A DNA stretch of 64,000 nt from Pseudovirgaria hyperparasitica (taxonomy: Eukaryota): the NCBI GenBank assembly GCA_010093815.1, contig ML996580.1. One strand, 5' to 3'. This document shows, in pieces, positions 1 through 12,952 of this stretch. The notes under the pieces are model-generated. The model did not search any database. It saw only the letters and a list, made by a program, of their open reading frames with translations, and had not been told where the DNA came from. Position numbers and translations under genes: made by a program. How positions within the stretch are numbered: position 1 is the stretch's first letter; every line of letters begins with the position of its first letter.

Positions 1-152
1 CCTTCGCTCCACCACCGACTCCAGCGCCTTTGCCTGACACAGTCAAGGTGGCATCTTCAAAAGACCAAGATGAAGCTGCCAGTCCACGCTGGGCTGAAGC
101 AATTAGCAAAGTCGGTATTATTGAGTGCAGAAGACGCATTGTTGCCCAATGA
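1..152 (+). CDS. possible 3' end of an upstream gene (partial, unidentified)
   Basis: Frame 3 is open from the window edge to TGA at 150-152 (..APPPTPAPLPDTVKVASSKDQDEAASPRWAEAISKVGIIECRRRIVAQ*) and is followed by AT-richer UTR-like sequence. Family not recognised. Confidence 0.3.
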   Translation, partial: FAPPPTPAPLPDTVKVASSKDQDEAASPRWAEAISKVGIIECRRRIVAQ

Positions 153-551
153 TGTGTGTGAAGCTTTCTTCAATTTGAAGCTTCGAGTCCAACTTGCAAC
201 GTAACCACTTGCTAGAAACCGGAACGCACGGGCCTCATTTTCGTCCTCACATATCACACCGCATTGTGAACATGCAACAGCTCTAAAAGTCTGTATCCTC
301 TGGAGATTTATAGCTAAGACGAAATTATTCTCCTACACAACAATATTTCTTGTGTAAATGTTGAGTAGCCCATGATACGAGTGTTTGATATGATTCAGAT
401 CACACATGGTATCAAGCTGTTCACGATGCTTGCAGCTTGCTACAGCTAAAGGTCGGAGTTTTCAAGACGATCGCTATGATCTATGAAATGACAGTATCGG
501 ATTCTCAAACCTTCCAACACATAGATTGGTAACATGAAACACGTCAACTGC

Positions 552-2398
552 TCAAGCCCTCTCCTCGCCCCTAGCGGGCACAACCTCGACACGCTCGGCA
601 TGCTTCGTTGCTCCGAGCTTCTCATTGAGTGAAAGGTCATGCGGATCGACACCCCGGGCAGCAGCGTCAGCTTCCACGTTCTTAACCAATTCGGTCACAC
701 CGAAAAGATCGTCCATCCTTTCAAGCGCGAGACCCTTCGTCTCAGGAATAAAAAACCACACAAAGACAAACATGGAGAAACAGAATGAGCCATAGATGAA
801 GAATGTACCATATCCGTTCTTCCCCACAGTCGCCATCATGGTCAGCGTCGCGCGCCCAACGACGAAATTGAACAGCCATTGTGTTGCCGCAGCAATTGCG
901 ACATTCAGCGATCTTAGTCGCGCAGCAGGTATTTCTGACACGTAGATCCAACATACCGGGCCCCAGCCAAACTGGAAAAAGGCAGCAAAGAGGAAGACGC
1001 AAACGAGTGCAACATATCCAGCAGGTGGTACGGATTCTCCTTCGACCTGATTCGAAATGCGGAGGTATAGCGCGATATAGAACATGGCCGTGCCTTGCGC
1101 AATGGATGTCCAGAGGAGCGATTTTCGGCGGCCGAGAGAGTCGGCAGCAAAGAGGAGAAACGCGGCACAAGTTGTCATCTTGACGACACCATAGATTCCA
1201 GTAGCGAAGAGACCAGTTTTCACACCTACGATTCCAAGCTGTTTGAAGATCTGAGGGGCATAGTAATCTTGAAAATGTTACTACTGTGTAATCTTTGGAA
1301 TGCATGTGCAAAACGACTGAAACTTACTAATCGCATTTGTTCCGGTCATTTGTTGGCATATCATCAGAACAATCGATATGATAGCACGCTTTCGATTCCC
1401 AGGAATTGTCCACATCTCCCTCAGAAGATCCATGACAGATGCACCACCAATAAGCATACGTTCGTGGTCAAGCTGAGCCTGTATGTCTGCCAATTCGTTT
1501 TGGATGTATGGATGTGTCGTAGGCAAATGTCGAACTCGGGCGAGAACTTTGCAAGCCTCATCCCAGCGATCAGCCTTTGCTAGCCAACGGGGCGATTCCT
1601 TGTTCAAGAACATAGTAACGATCAGTAGGACAGCTGGCAGGGCCTGGATAGTAAGAGGTGCGATGTAGGTAGCACTTCCTGTCATATGCAAGATGCATCC
1701 ATAATTCACCCAGAAGGCCAACATGGTTCCAGTCGCAATCTATTGACATGATTAGAAGATGCTCTAGAGAATGATGAATTACTGGGGTCATACGAAAAGC
1801 TGGTAAATACCAGTCAGACCGCCACGGATCGCCCGTGGAGCATTTTCTGAGATGTAGAGAGGGACAGCCATAGATGCGGCACCCACGCCAAACCCAGCGA
1901 TCAAGCTAAGAACGAGTAAGTTCCTGGTATACCTAGACTTCTGCTGGTGCTTACCGGCCAATATACATGACTGCAATGTGGCCGAAGCCACATGCCTGCA
2001 TAACAACACCGGCACAGGTAATAATTCCAGATGCCAGGAGGGTCCAACGTCGACCGTATTTGTCGCACGTCCAGAATGCAACCAGGCATCCAAAGAAACA
2101 GCCAGCTTGGAGCGTCGAAGCAATGTTGGACGCGAGATCGGCTTTAGCTGTTTTGCTCAGTGTGTCAAGGCCATACTTCCTGCGTGCTAGTGAGTACTAC
2201 AGATGCTGAGTGAGTGAGTGCTACATACGCTTCAAATGCTGGTAGCGTCAGGACACCACCGATAGTTCCAATGTCCATACCGAAGAGCATGCCGCCAAAG
2301 CATGCGGACAATGCCAGAACAAAGATCCTCCATCCGTAGATTTCTGGAGGGTCTTCTTTCATAGAATCATTCTTGACGATTCTTTGAAGGAGGGTCAT
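552..2398 (-). CDS. MFS sugar-porter family transporter, quinate-permease-like; resembles Neurospora GAT-1 galacturonate/uronic acid transporter (multi-exon)
   Basis: Exons [97 protein letters not shown] and PETKG, separated by GT-AG introns (first donor GTATGT at 2228). The N-terminal [10 protein letters not shown] motif matches my recollection of the GAT-1 clade. Confidence 0.85.
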
Positions 2399-3518
2399 GT
2401 TGTCGGCGGTTCGCGATCAACGATTGGTGTGTGAACAGCCTCCAGCACGTATGAGGGAGAGCAAGAACTGGGTCGACGGCTCCAGGCTCGAGGCGAGGAT
2501 AATATCATATTATAATCGTTCTGGGATCGACCTCGCTCCCGTGACATGGTAGACAAGCTTTGTAGTAGTGCAGTGGCAGCCACCATGAGGTGGGACGAAC
2601 GCCCAGATTCGGTTACAGCAAAGCTACCTGAAGTGGAGAAGAGTGATAGGTGGGTTATTTCGTCCGCCAAGGCGGCAGAAACAACGCCCTTTCCAATGCC
2701 AACCTTCATCAGCTTCGAGCAGACCTATGAAAATTAGGTCCAACATCTGCAAGAGAACGTCGTCAGTATCAATAGTCTGCATTCGATTCATCGATCACAT
2801 TCAAGAATACATAGGATTCTCAACAGCTGTTCTATGGAGCATCTCGGGGTCGTCAGTAAAGAGTCATTCAAAGTGAAACAAGTATAAGCCATGGATAAAT
2901 ACGATACATGGGCATGGTGGGTCAAATGCTGGAACTATTCTGCCTAGCGGCTGTGGGGCGTCCGGGGTATCGCTTGGAAATTCCAACACCCAAAACCAAT
3001 TACTGCTTACTACGATTTTTATCATTGACAGGTATGCTCGTTTGATATTGGTGGGAGATTCCGAGCAATGAGTCTATCGTCTTCTCCAAACGGCGATAGA
3101 CAAAAGGTATATCCTGCCCAGCATCATGGTCCTTTCGATGTAGAGGAGGCTGTTCAGATCAGATGAGAGTACAAAAGAGACCGAAGTGGGGAAAATGCAG
3201 GACAACGAGGTCAGAATGTTGTTCGGGTGTGTTTTGTGCGAGGCGGCGGCGGCAAATGACTTTAGCCGGAAGCCCACTGTTTTTCATCCAATCCCTTCAC
3301 GTTACCTGTTCACCAACCTGTCGATCTCCGTCCCTAATTATACCCGGGCTCGCATATCGTTCTTATGCTGTCTCATTCAAGTACTGGGCCGGGCCTAGAT
3401 GATAGGGCATGTCGCAACGCTGGACTCGTCATCGAAGCCTAGACATATTGTTTCTCGGGGCAATGCAAACAATTGCTATGTCGTTGATCTCGGAGTGAAG
3501 GATGCGTGTCAGCTTATT

Positions 3519-5729
3519 ATGTCTCCAATCACAGATCTAGGCAGTTCGCCTGTAACCTTCTCGTCTGCTGTGGCAGACAAGAATCGTTCTGGGCCCTTGC
3601 ATCCATTTTCGCAGAATCCATTCGTTACACGCCAGGACGTCGTAAATGCTGTGGCCTCTTTGCTCGACCCCCTTGCTCATGGTACCTCCGACGAGGGAGG
3701 TCTCGTCAAAGTCGGCGCAACAGGGACTCGCTTCGATGAGACAGCCGCGCAAATCGAGGGCTATGCTCGACCATTATGGGCGCTTGCACCTCTCCTCGCT
3801 GGAGACAGCAAGTATGCTGGCACACAGCGCTTCGTCGATGGGCTGGTTAACGGCACCGACCCGAAAAGCCCGCAGTTCTATGGTTGGATGGAAGATACTG
3901 ATCAGCGAATGGTAGAAGCGTGTCCAATTGGTTACACCCTGGCCATTGCTCACAAGGATTTTTGGGATCCTTTGAGCGTTGAGCAGAAGAGCAACGTTTC
4001 CACGTGGTTGGACAGCATGAACGCCAAGGTCATGCCCAACACGAACTGGTAAGTGTGATTTCGATGTTATACGATACCTATCATGAGACCTATAAATAAT
4101 CGGGTTAAGTGGCTGTCAATGCTTGTGGCGGCGAAGTCGAGAAGAGACCTTGTGTTGATGTACGCGTGTGATGTGTTGCCATGAACACAAGACGTGCGTC
4201 TCACTGATTAAGGGGCTCTGGTGTCATCATTCTGACTGATCTCTCCCAGGCTCTGGTTTCGTGTCTTCGCAAACTTAGGACTGGCTAAAAACAAAGCTCC
4301 ATACTCGGAGGAGCGTCTCGAAGCCGATATCAAGCAACTCGATACGTACTATCGCGGTGATGGATGGTCTAACGATGGCCCAAAAGGCTATCGTCAGATG
4401 GATTATTACTCCGGTTCATTTGCTATCCAATATCTGCAGTTACTGTACGCCAAAATAGCCGGAGATCGTGACCCAGAGCGAGCCACGGAATTTCGTAAAA
4501 GGGCTGGACTTTATGCTCAAGACTTTGTCCATTACTTTGACCCCGAAGGTCGTGCAGTCACCTTCGGTCGGAGTTTGACTTATCGATGGGCAATGGTGGC
4601 CTTCTGGTCATCTGTTGCTTTTGCAGATGTCGAGCTTTCTGCACCCTTATCTTGGGGCGTTGTGAAAGGAATATTTCTGCGGAATCTGCGATGGTGGTCA
4701 ACCCAGCATGATATCTTCCAACCCAATGGCATGCTTTCGCTCGGCTACTCATATCCGAATATGTACCTGCTTGAGAATTACAATAGTCCTGGCTCGCCGT
4801 ACTGGTGTATGCTTGCTTTCGCGGCGCTTGCATGTCCGGCGACACATCCGTTCTGGTCCTCCCCTGAAGAGCCACACCCCTGTGCATCAACACGCATCCT
4901 TCGTCCTCTACCACATCCACGACACATCTGTGTCCGCTCAGCAGGTCACACCTACCTGCTGTCCAGCGGCCAGACGTGCCACTACGCGCTGAAAGCCCCC
5001 CAAGCCAAATATGGAAAATTCGCATACTCGTCTGCCTTCGCCTACTCCGTGCCCACAGGCTCATACACATTAGAGCAGCATGTCCCTGAATCGTCTCTCG
5101 CGCTCTCCGACGACGGCGGCGAGCTATGGAAAATGCGCCGCGCGCTCGACGGAGATAGCACCATCGAGACTTTCGACGACGTCCCCGTACTAGTCAGTAG
5201 CATGAAACCCTGGAGCGACGTACAAGTAACCACATACCTAATCCCGCCATCCTCATCCTCCGATAAGCCTGAAAGTGCCTATCATATCCGTGCACACAGA
5301 ATCACGACCGCCCGGGCTTTGCAATCCGCCGAAGGTGCATTCGCAATCTACGGGTGTCGCGCCGTCGACGGCCGTACGCTTGGTCCATGGTCCGACGAGC
5401 GTCAGGACGGATACTGGTACGACAAGACGTCCGTCTGGGGTGTGTCACGCTCCGGAGCTGTTGGCATACGGGAGCTTCATCAGCGCGAACGGCATGGTGG
5501 GATGTGTCTTGCGGATCCGAATTCAAACCTCGTGGAGCAGCGGACGATGCTACCCACGTTGTATCGCGACCTGAGTGCCGGCGAGACGGTGTGGCTTGTC
5601 AGTGCCGTGTTTGCGGTTCCGAGTAGTAAATATGGATGGAAGTTGGATTGGAAGCATTTGTGGGACGAAGAACCTGTCGTGCCGGCGTGGTTGGAGAACA
5701 TCATTGCAAACGATGGAAAAGCCGTCTGA
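3519..5729 (+). CDS. DUF2264 protein (GH154-like; putative beta-glucuronidase)
   Basis: ATG 3519; intron 4049-4249 (GTAAGT..CTGAC..CAG) joins [15 protein letters not shown]. Motifs [53 protein letters not shown] and [10 protein letters not shown] are typical of DUF2264. Confidence 0.85.
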
Positions 5730-6184
5730 AGAGTACTGTGTGTGAACAGTGTGCTCGCGTTATTTAGAGGCTACTCTAGCGCATTATGCCATGAACGTGT
5801 ATGCCAGCTGTGCGTTCAATGAAACTTACATAAGTCAGTTTTAGATAGGTACGGCTGGCTGCGTAGTATTCATTCAGCTGTAAAATCTCACACAGGCGCG
5901 TGGGATCGATACTCATCTGTAAAGCCCCCGACACAATAAATGTGATGTATATCGTTCATGAAACACTGGAATCTCCACTAAAGCACATATCACTTAAGCT
6001 ATGAGGATTTCGAGCTCCCCTCTGTTTTGAGTATCTGATGATAGCATGCGATATTGAATCATACTTAGTAGTCTGGGAACCTACTGCATTCCACCATACC
6101 CGTACAACTAATGCCTGATAACGCCTAAGGAGAACCTAGTTAAAAACAAAGCCTTCATGTCGACGAAAGAAACTCCAACCCGGC

Positions 6185-6845
6185 TCATGCACCCGTGGGC
6201 TTCTCATCAGCTGTATACGTCAGTCTTGTAGGTCTATATATTACCTGGTTATACTAGCGTCACATACCTGTCAAGATGCCCTCTTTGACCAACTCATCCG
6301 CGGTCGGACGACGACCCAGTGCTTTCTCAAGATTGTCCGCGCGCATTTGACGTTCGAGCTCTTTTCGTTGGCTCTGGATACCGGCGGCGGCTGTGGAATC
6401 GGGAAGGATATTTCCTAGGAGATGTTTGTGAGTACGTGGGCTTTATGTATGGAGTGAATGAGAGTATATGGGGTCAAGGCTGGATAAGTGACATACTGCT
6501 CACGAGTTCTTCGCGATCAGGGCGGGTTGCGAGGCCTTTCTTGAGGCTGTCAGTGGCACGTTGGCGTTCGAGCTCTTGTTGTTTGGACTGAAGAGAACTG
6601 GGATTTAAGTTGGCATTAGCATGGTTCTTGTAAACTCGCGAGATCAGCCGTTTTGATAATAGGAACGAAAGGACTCACGGTGCAGCGGACGTGTCTAGCA
6701 AGATATGCCTGTTCTTTAGATCTTGCTGGTCTGGCCTGTGCTGTAGGTGCTTCTCGAGCGAGTTCCGACGAAGCATGCCTTCTTTCACAGGAGAAATCGG
6801 GGTCGTGTCGACGACTACTGCGTTATCTTGATCGGACGACACCAT
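6185..6845 (-). CDS. RPEL repeat protein (multi-exon)
   Basis: Three RPEL-like repeats across exons: LEKHLQHRPDQQDLKNRHIL, LKKGLATRPDREELV, LEKALGRRPTADELVKEGIL. ATG 6845; stop at about 6185 in a short last exon. Confidence 0.8.
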
Positions 6846-7431
6846 GTTTGAGATTTGATTGGGAAATGGGGATAGTAGAGAGCGAGGGCTGTTGTTTGGA
6901 GGCGTAGGTAGAGTGGGAGTATAGCTACATGCACAGGAATGGCGTTGAGAGCTGTGGGAGAGCTTACCTTGTGACCTGACCGCCGCAGCGAGTTTCACCA
7001 GGCAACGGCAGCCCACCCCGCATTATCTCATGGATTGATAGTGGAGCATCCTTGCCGCCATAAGTGGGGACGACATCTGACGCAGCTCGTTGTATCTGGA
7101 CTGCCTGACGGCCTGAGGGAATGATAGGAAATCAGCAAGGTATCGCTCCTTCCAGACCTGCTCACTTTCGTTGAATATGGCATGTGATGGGAGACATATT
7201 CTAATGCAATACGTTACAGAAATCTGTCTCAATTGTTGGAAGGGCAGATAATTGCATCCATGGACGAAGACGCACGTGAAGACGCGAGATGGTAAAACCT
7301 TAGCGTGCTTGACGAAGCCACTGTTCGCGTTCACTTCCAGGGCCCCTCCTACAGCGACATTCAGAAAACCCTATCACTAATCAACGAGACCATCGCGATC
7401 ACTTGCTTCCTCAAACAGCGCCTACTTTACC

Positions 7432-7818
7432 ATGGATGAAGTACAAGCGAGCGCATACCTCTCTCAACTCATCGGAAAAAATTTGCGTATCCACACCAAC
7501 GATGCCCGCATGTTCATCGGACAATTGCGATGCACCGATAAGGTAAGTAGTCACATCACCCAACCTCAGCCCAAACCCTACAATGATCCACCAGCACTCA
7601 TAACAGACCAGGACCGCAACATCATACTCTCCCTCACGCACGAATACCGTCAACCGTCAGAAGCCACCATCCGTCAAGCAATCGTCGAATCTGGCAATCC
7701 AACCGCACAGGTGCCTCTGGCAAGTCGCTTCGTAGGCCTCGTCGTTGTTCCTGGTCAATATATTACGAAGATTGAATACGAAGAGAGTATATTCAGTCGG
7801 GATCAATTTGTGCCATGA
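7432..7818 (+). CDS. LSM-domain protein (Mak31/NAA38-like NatC auxiliary subunit)
   Basis: Sm1 motif LIGKNLRIHTNDARMFIGQLRCTDK; intron 7543-7611; DRNIIL; Sm2 motif RFVGLVVVPGQYITKIE. Confidence 0.8.
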   Translation: MDEVQASAYLSQLIGKNLRIHTNDARMFIGQLRCTDKVSSHITQPQPKPYNDPPALITDQDRNIILSLTHEYRQPSEATIRQAIVESGNPTAQVPLASRFVGLVVVPGQYITKIEYEESIFSRDQFVP

Positions 7819-8255
7819 AATGAAGAAGCTTGTTTGGAGAGCTAAAATACGTTCTTTTGTAGAGCCTTCCGGTATTTCGGAAACTTTTCAACACTGAGAT
7901 ACTCACCCATAACTGCCACAGGTTTAGACGCCTTCTTTATGTTGTAGCCACTGGTTGATAAAGCTAGGAGAAGGCTGGACGATACACGCGCCCCTCATAC
8001 TGTTTCTGCAGCTCAGGAGAATTAGCTAGAGTAAGCTAAATATCTCCCAAGTAGGCACTGTGCGGAGGATGATCAGACATGTTCTCATCCCAGGTATCGC
8101 ACTCACAGCCTCTATATCGTTCAGAGCGAGGGTTAGCCATTTCTCAAACCTGTGAAACCATAGTGTATGACTTTTTGCATGTGCTGGGTGCTCAATTACA
8201 TGAAAATATGGCGTGCATGTACGTTTCATTCAAAGTCGATATACGCATGGCTTTG

Positions 8256-9867
8256 TCATGCATTCTCGTGCTGGGCTAATGAGGTAGGCGCAGGCTCCTT
8301 CTCTTTCACCCTCGCTGTAATGAACGTGTCAGCTTCTGAGATTCTATTCTCGGGCGCGCTCGATATGGACAATTGCTCCATACCCTCAATACCCTTCTGC
8401 AATATATCATCACTTGGTGTACTCGACACCTTCGAAGCTGATTGCTCCTTATCCTTCTGAGCTTTGTCGAGATTCTGCAGCTCGTCCATGCGGATCCTTG
8501 TTCTCTCTACGTCCATAGCTTCTTGCCTCTCCCTCTCGGCTCGTTGAGCGATCTCAATCTTCTCACACTCCGCCCGTTCAAGCGCCTCGAATTCTTCATC
8601 CACCTCACCCTCATCCACCACAGCCCCGCCAACCTCATTCAGCATTCCACTGATCTCCTCTACGTTTTCGATCTCCTCTCTCAAGCTGTCCACTACGCCT
8701 TCCACCCCGCTTGCCCCGCCAACTGCTTTATTCAAGTGTCGCAATACACCAGCACTTGCTTCCATCACCCGCACAATCTCCACGTTATCTGTTGCAGCTT
8801 CGATCGAGTTATATGTTCGCTCAAGCTGGGCTAACGTATCAGAACGGCGGGCGAGGGTAACTTCGGCGAGTTTCTTGGAGCGAAGCGCAGTGAGAGCGGT
8901 ATTGCGTGACTTTGAAGCAACAGAAGCACGGGCTTGAGAGTCAAGGGATGCGATGCGGGACCCAAGGATGGTTATTTGGTTATTGAGAGAGTCGATAAGG
9001 CTGCGGAGGGAAGCGATGACTGTGTCTTGTTGGCTTATGGGCTCTGGATTGACGAAGGACGAGGGCGCCGCAAATTTTATGGTTGTGGAATTGTATGTTA
9101 TGGCGTGCTTGTCGCGGGCGAGGTATGTAAGGAGAACTTCGAGGTCAGATGCCGTAAGTGAGTGCGTGGATGAGTTAATGCTGCCGAACTCGGAGAGGAA
9201 GCCAACATGGGAGTATATACGCTGGATGGAGGATTTAGAATCAATATGTTTGAGAATGGCGGTCGCGACAGACTATAAGGACTGTCAGGTAGGAGCAGGT
9301 AGTACAAGCAGCGCTGTATATATCTACCTCGAGGTTGGCTACTATAACGAGTTTCCCTGTGGTTATGTGTTCTGAATTGCTTTCTTCACCGAGTATGCCG
9401 AGTTGCCGTAGCCCCCAGGCTATCGCCTGCCGTGGTGACAAGGCCCAACTCCTGTGATAGATGCTCGTTGTTGCTGATAGGAAGTCTTTCAGCGGAATCA
9501 TTTCTTTCTTTGTAACCGCTTCATGCTACGCAACTATTAGCCCCGTGGCAATGAACGCGTTGTGTACTTGCTCACGTACTATAACCGCTCCTAGCGCCAA
9601 TGGTCTTCCCCATTCCTTGCTTGCCAGTGCTCTTGAGAGCTGCTCACCTGTACTTATGCTGAGTAGATCATTCGCTGCACCCTGGGAAGGAACAGCGCCA
9701 GCCGCTGCAGCATTCGAGAGAGCTTTCTTCCATGCTACAATGTTGGCTTGGTAACCATCCGGGTTGATCGTTGCGCTTTGCGAGAAGTCAGAGTAGAGAG
9801 ATGAGAGTCGGTTGCGACTCTTAAAGGCTTCTTCGTGGCTGGTGAGATATTCTAACAGGTCGCCCAT
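8256..9867 (-). CDS. CHM7: Snf7-family ESCRT-II/III hybrid protein Chm7/Cmp7 (CHMP7)
   Basis: N-terminal RNRLSSLYSDF..NPDGYQANIVAWKKAL and WGRPLALGAVI; C-terminal Snf7 region EIVRVMEASAGVLRHLNKAVGG..VDEGEVDEEFEALE; multi-exon. Confidence 0.8.
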
Positions 9868-10125
9868 TGTGGGTTGAGTTGCGAAGGAAAGTGGCGTTTG
9901 CGCGTCGCGTGCTTGGAAATTGAGGATGGATGCCAAGAGGAACCCACGTGTTCGATATCGATGAAACATTGCGTCATATGTTCAGATCTCATTGAGTAAA
10001 TGTTGATCCTTGTCCTTTGGTCACAGGTTTTGGGTATATACTAGACTGTGTATGTATCGAGCGCCCGTAATACATATTTCTTCGCATCCATTGCGATCTG
10101 TTCGATCTCCAGACGCAAAAGTTCC

Positions 10126-12497
10126 TCACGCGTCAATATAACCGACTATTTGACCCATCAACAAAGCGTCCACTTTGTCACCTTTCGAAAGCATTCCCTT
10201 CCCTGCAGGTAGGCACAAAAGTGCGTTTGCACTCTTGAAGCTACCAATGCGGCTGCTTCTCTGCATACCAGTACTATTTGCATATAGGATCCCGTCTCTT
10301 TTAGCTGTGACAGCGACTCGGTGATACTCAGGGCGACCTTTGTCACAACGGACTGCAGACTCCAATATCACAGTAACCTTCGGCAGTCCTGGAGGACTAA
10401 TACCACTGGCTGTATGTAGGGACGGAAAAACGAACAGGTGGTAGCAGACTGTTGCACTAGCTGGGTTCCCAGGTAAGGAGAAGATTAATTTTGTGATCCT
10501 GGCCCCTGAAGTCGGGTTTTTGAGAACAAGAGATGCAAAAGTCGTCGGTTTGCCAGGCTTCATGTTGACTCGGCCAAAGTGAATCGTACCACCAAGAGCT
10601 CGCTCGATAGTAGGCTTCAGAAGGTCAAGCTCGCCCATGGAGACCCCACCAGTTGTAATGAGAACATCTACGTGAGTGAATGCGGTGCGCAAGGCTTCTT
10701 CTAGGGCGCCTGGCCTAAAGCTGTCTTAGCATGTTGACCAAAAGTATTTCACCATTGCACGAACTTATCTGAAGCGATACCCAGGTCCATGGCTTTAAAT
10801 CCAGAGCCCTGTATTGCCGTCAATAGTGTCGGTCGGTTTGTATCTCGGACTTCACCTAGGCGTAGATCTCCTAGTCTATCATGAGGAACAATCTCATCAC
10901 CAGTACTTAAGACTCCCACCACAGGCTTGTGATACACGAGAACCTGACGGACACCAACTGAGGCTAGAAGACCAAGCTCTCCTCCGATGGCTGTGATGCC
11001 TTCACCTTTTTTCATGATGGTTTCACCAGCTTGCACGTCACTACCCACTTCCCTTATATTTTCGCCACGCACAATTTCATCCGTGAGAATTTCGACATCC
11101 TTTTCTTCCTGACCGTCTGTAGTATTGCTTTTCAGGACTGTATCTTCGACCATGACCACAGCATCCGCTCCCGGTGGAAGTGGAGCCCCAGTTGTAATCC
11201 TTGCAATACTACCCTCTTCCAAGCTAGCAATATCTCCAGCCTGCGCATGTGAGATCATAGCAACTGGGTAAATGCCTTTGACGGATTTACCAGAGCTTGG
11301 CAGCTTGATCTAGGGATTGTTAACGAGTTGGGGCGGGCCATTAGCAGCACGATGCGACTTACGGCATATCCATCAACAATACTGGCTCTGAAAGCAGGGA
11401 CAGACTCAACGGCTTTGACATCATCTGCGAGCACACTACCAACTAGAGCTTCATCTACGAGTCTCATTACTGCTTTCGATGAAGGGGTATGCTCTTGTAT
11501 AAGTTGCAAAGCCTCGTCTACTGAGAGCATCGGGTATGGCGAGCTGCGGTATCGTCTGCTAGGCCCAGCGTTTGGATCGTTTGACTGCGGATGAGATTCG
11601 GATTTGGTATGGGGAACCGGTGCCTTGTGGCTGCCATGTACATGACCGTCTGGACGCGACTGAATATGGTCGTGGTGGCCATGCTGATGATGCTGATGCT
11701 GATGTTGAAACGGATCTTGTGGCGGCAACAAGTGAGACTCACATATCTCGCAATTGTATACTGACATACCTTTGACGGTCATAAAACGTCTCAATCCGGC
11801 GTCTTGTTCCAATTGCGTCACGCCTCCAACATGCAACTCTCGGGAATCAGCCCCAGCGGCTTGTTGGCAGGCATGTGGTAACTGACGAAGAATAGCCTCT
11901 AAATTTTCCTTTGCACCTTTCGGTGATCCTGGCAAAGTGATTATTAGAGTACTGTTGCGCACACCAGCTATTGGTCGCGCCATCATGGCGACTAGAAGAT
12001 TTCATCAGTTACTGTTTAATATATGTGGTAGATGATCATGGAGGGTTTACATGGGGTAATTGCGAGGGATGCAGACAACATTGCATGCCTATCCCAATCA
12101 GTATTTATTTGATGTTTTAAATGTTGACGTACGTACACAAGGCCTGTGGCATGTTTATGTATAAGAGGCGACACAGCCTGTGGCAGTTCAGCTTGCACAC
12201 GTGGAATTGTTATTGCAAACGTCGCACCTCTGGGGTACTATCTTTGACCGCAAAGCCTGTACCACCGGACGTGATTATCAGATTGACAGGGTCGGCGTGG
12301 TCTGTATTATGCTTAATGAAGTGTTGAATCGCTTCGGTGCTGTCCGGGACGATCTTGACTTCCGAGACTGCGAAAGATCCTCTCTCGTCCGACTCGAAGA
12401 CTTCCTTCAAAGCAGGTCCACATCTGTCAGTAGAAGCATTCTGAGACGCTGTATCAGATACGATCAAAATTGCAGCTGTCAATTTGCTGTCCGACAT
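10126..12497 (-). CDS. cnxE: gephyrin-like molybdenum cofactor biosynthesis protein (MogA-like G domain + MoeA-like E domain)
   Basis: AAILIVSDTAS, ITSGGTGFAVKDSTPE, TLPGSPKGAKENL, His-rich linker, RSSPYPMLSVDEAL, PAFRASIVDGYA, RITTGAPLPPGADAVVMVED, TTGGVSMGELDLLKP, MKPGKPT, LPGNPAS, QRSSR; several introns. Confidence 0.92.
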
Positions 12498-12952
12498 GAT
12501 CAAACAGGTGCAGGAAGGTAGGTTTTAACAGCACCCATGCTGGCCGTGGCTACACTAGATTACTACACACTGGTCTAGTGTGTACCTAGTATCTTCGATA
12601 TACTCAGGCAGCAATCTGAATATTTTTGAGGTACACACCCAACCAAGTATTCAGTGTCGGTTCTTTAGAGGAGCTCCCTTATCGACGTGAGAACCATATG
12701 AGTGCGATGATGTTGGTTTTATATCTGTATTCTTTTACATGCTAGAAATACATCTATTGTATCCATGAAATCCATAAATTCTGCACGTTGACCGTGTGCA
12801 CTGTGTGTTTTCAACCGACATGTTTGGTATATCTACATATGGAGATCACCTCCATCTTCCAGCAATGGGCTGAAACGGTACAGGTCCATCAACTTCGCAG
12901 TTCCTTGGACAGATTGACCTATCAAGCTACCAGTCACTCAAAGATAGTCTCG

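Noticed and set aside
5942..6039. C/D-box snoRNA-like arrangement (GTGATGT..ATGAGGA..CTGA)
   Set aside because: Imperfect C box, no terminal stem and no rRNA-complementary guide I could identify. It needs a snoscan or Infernal hit.
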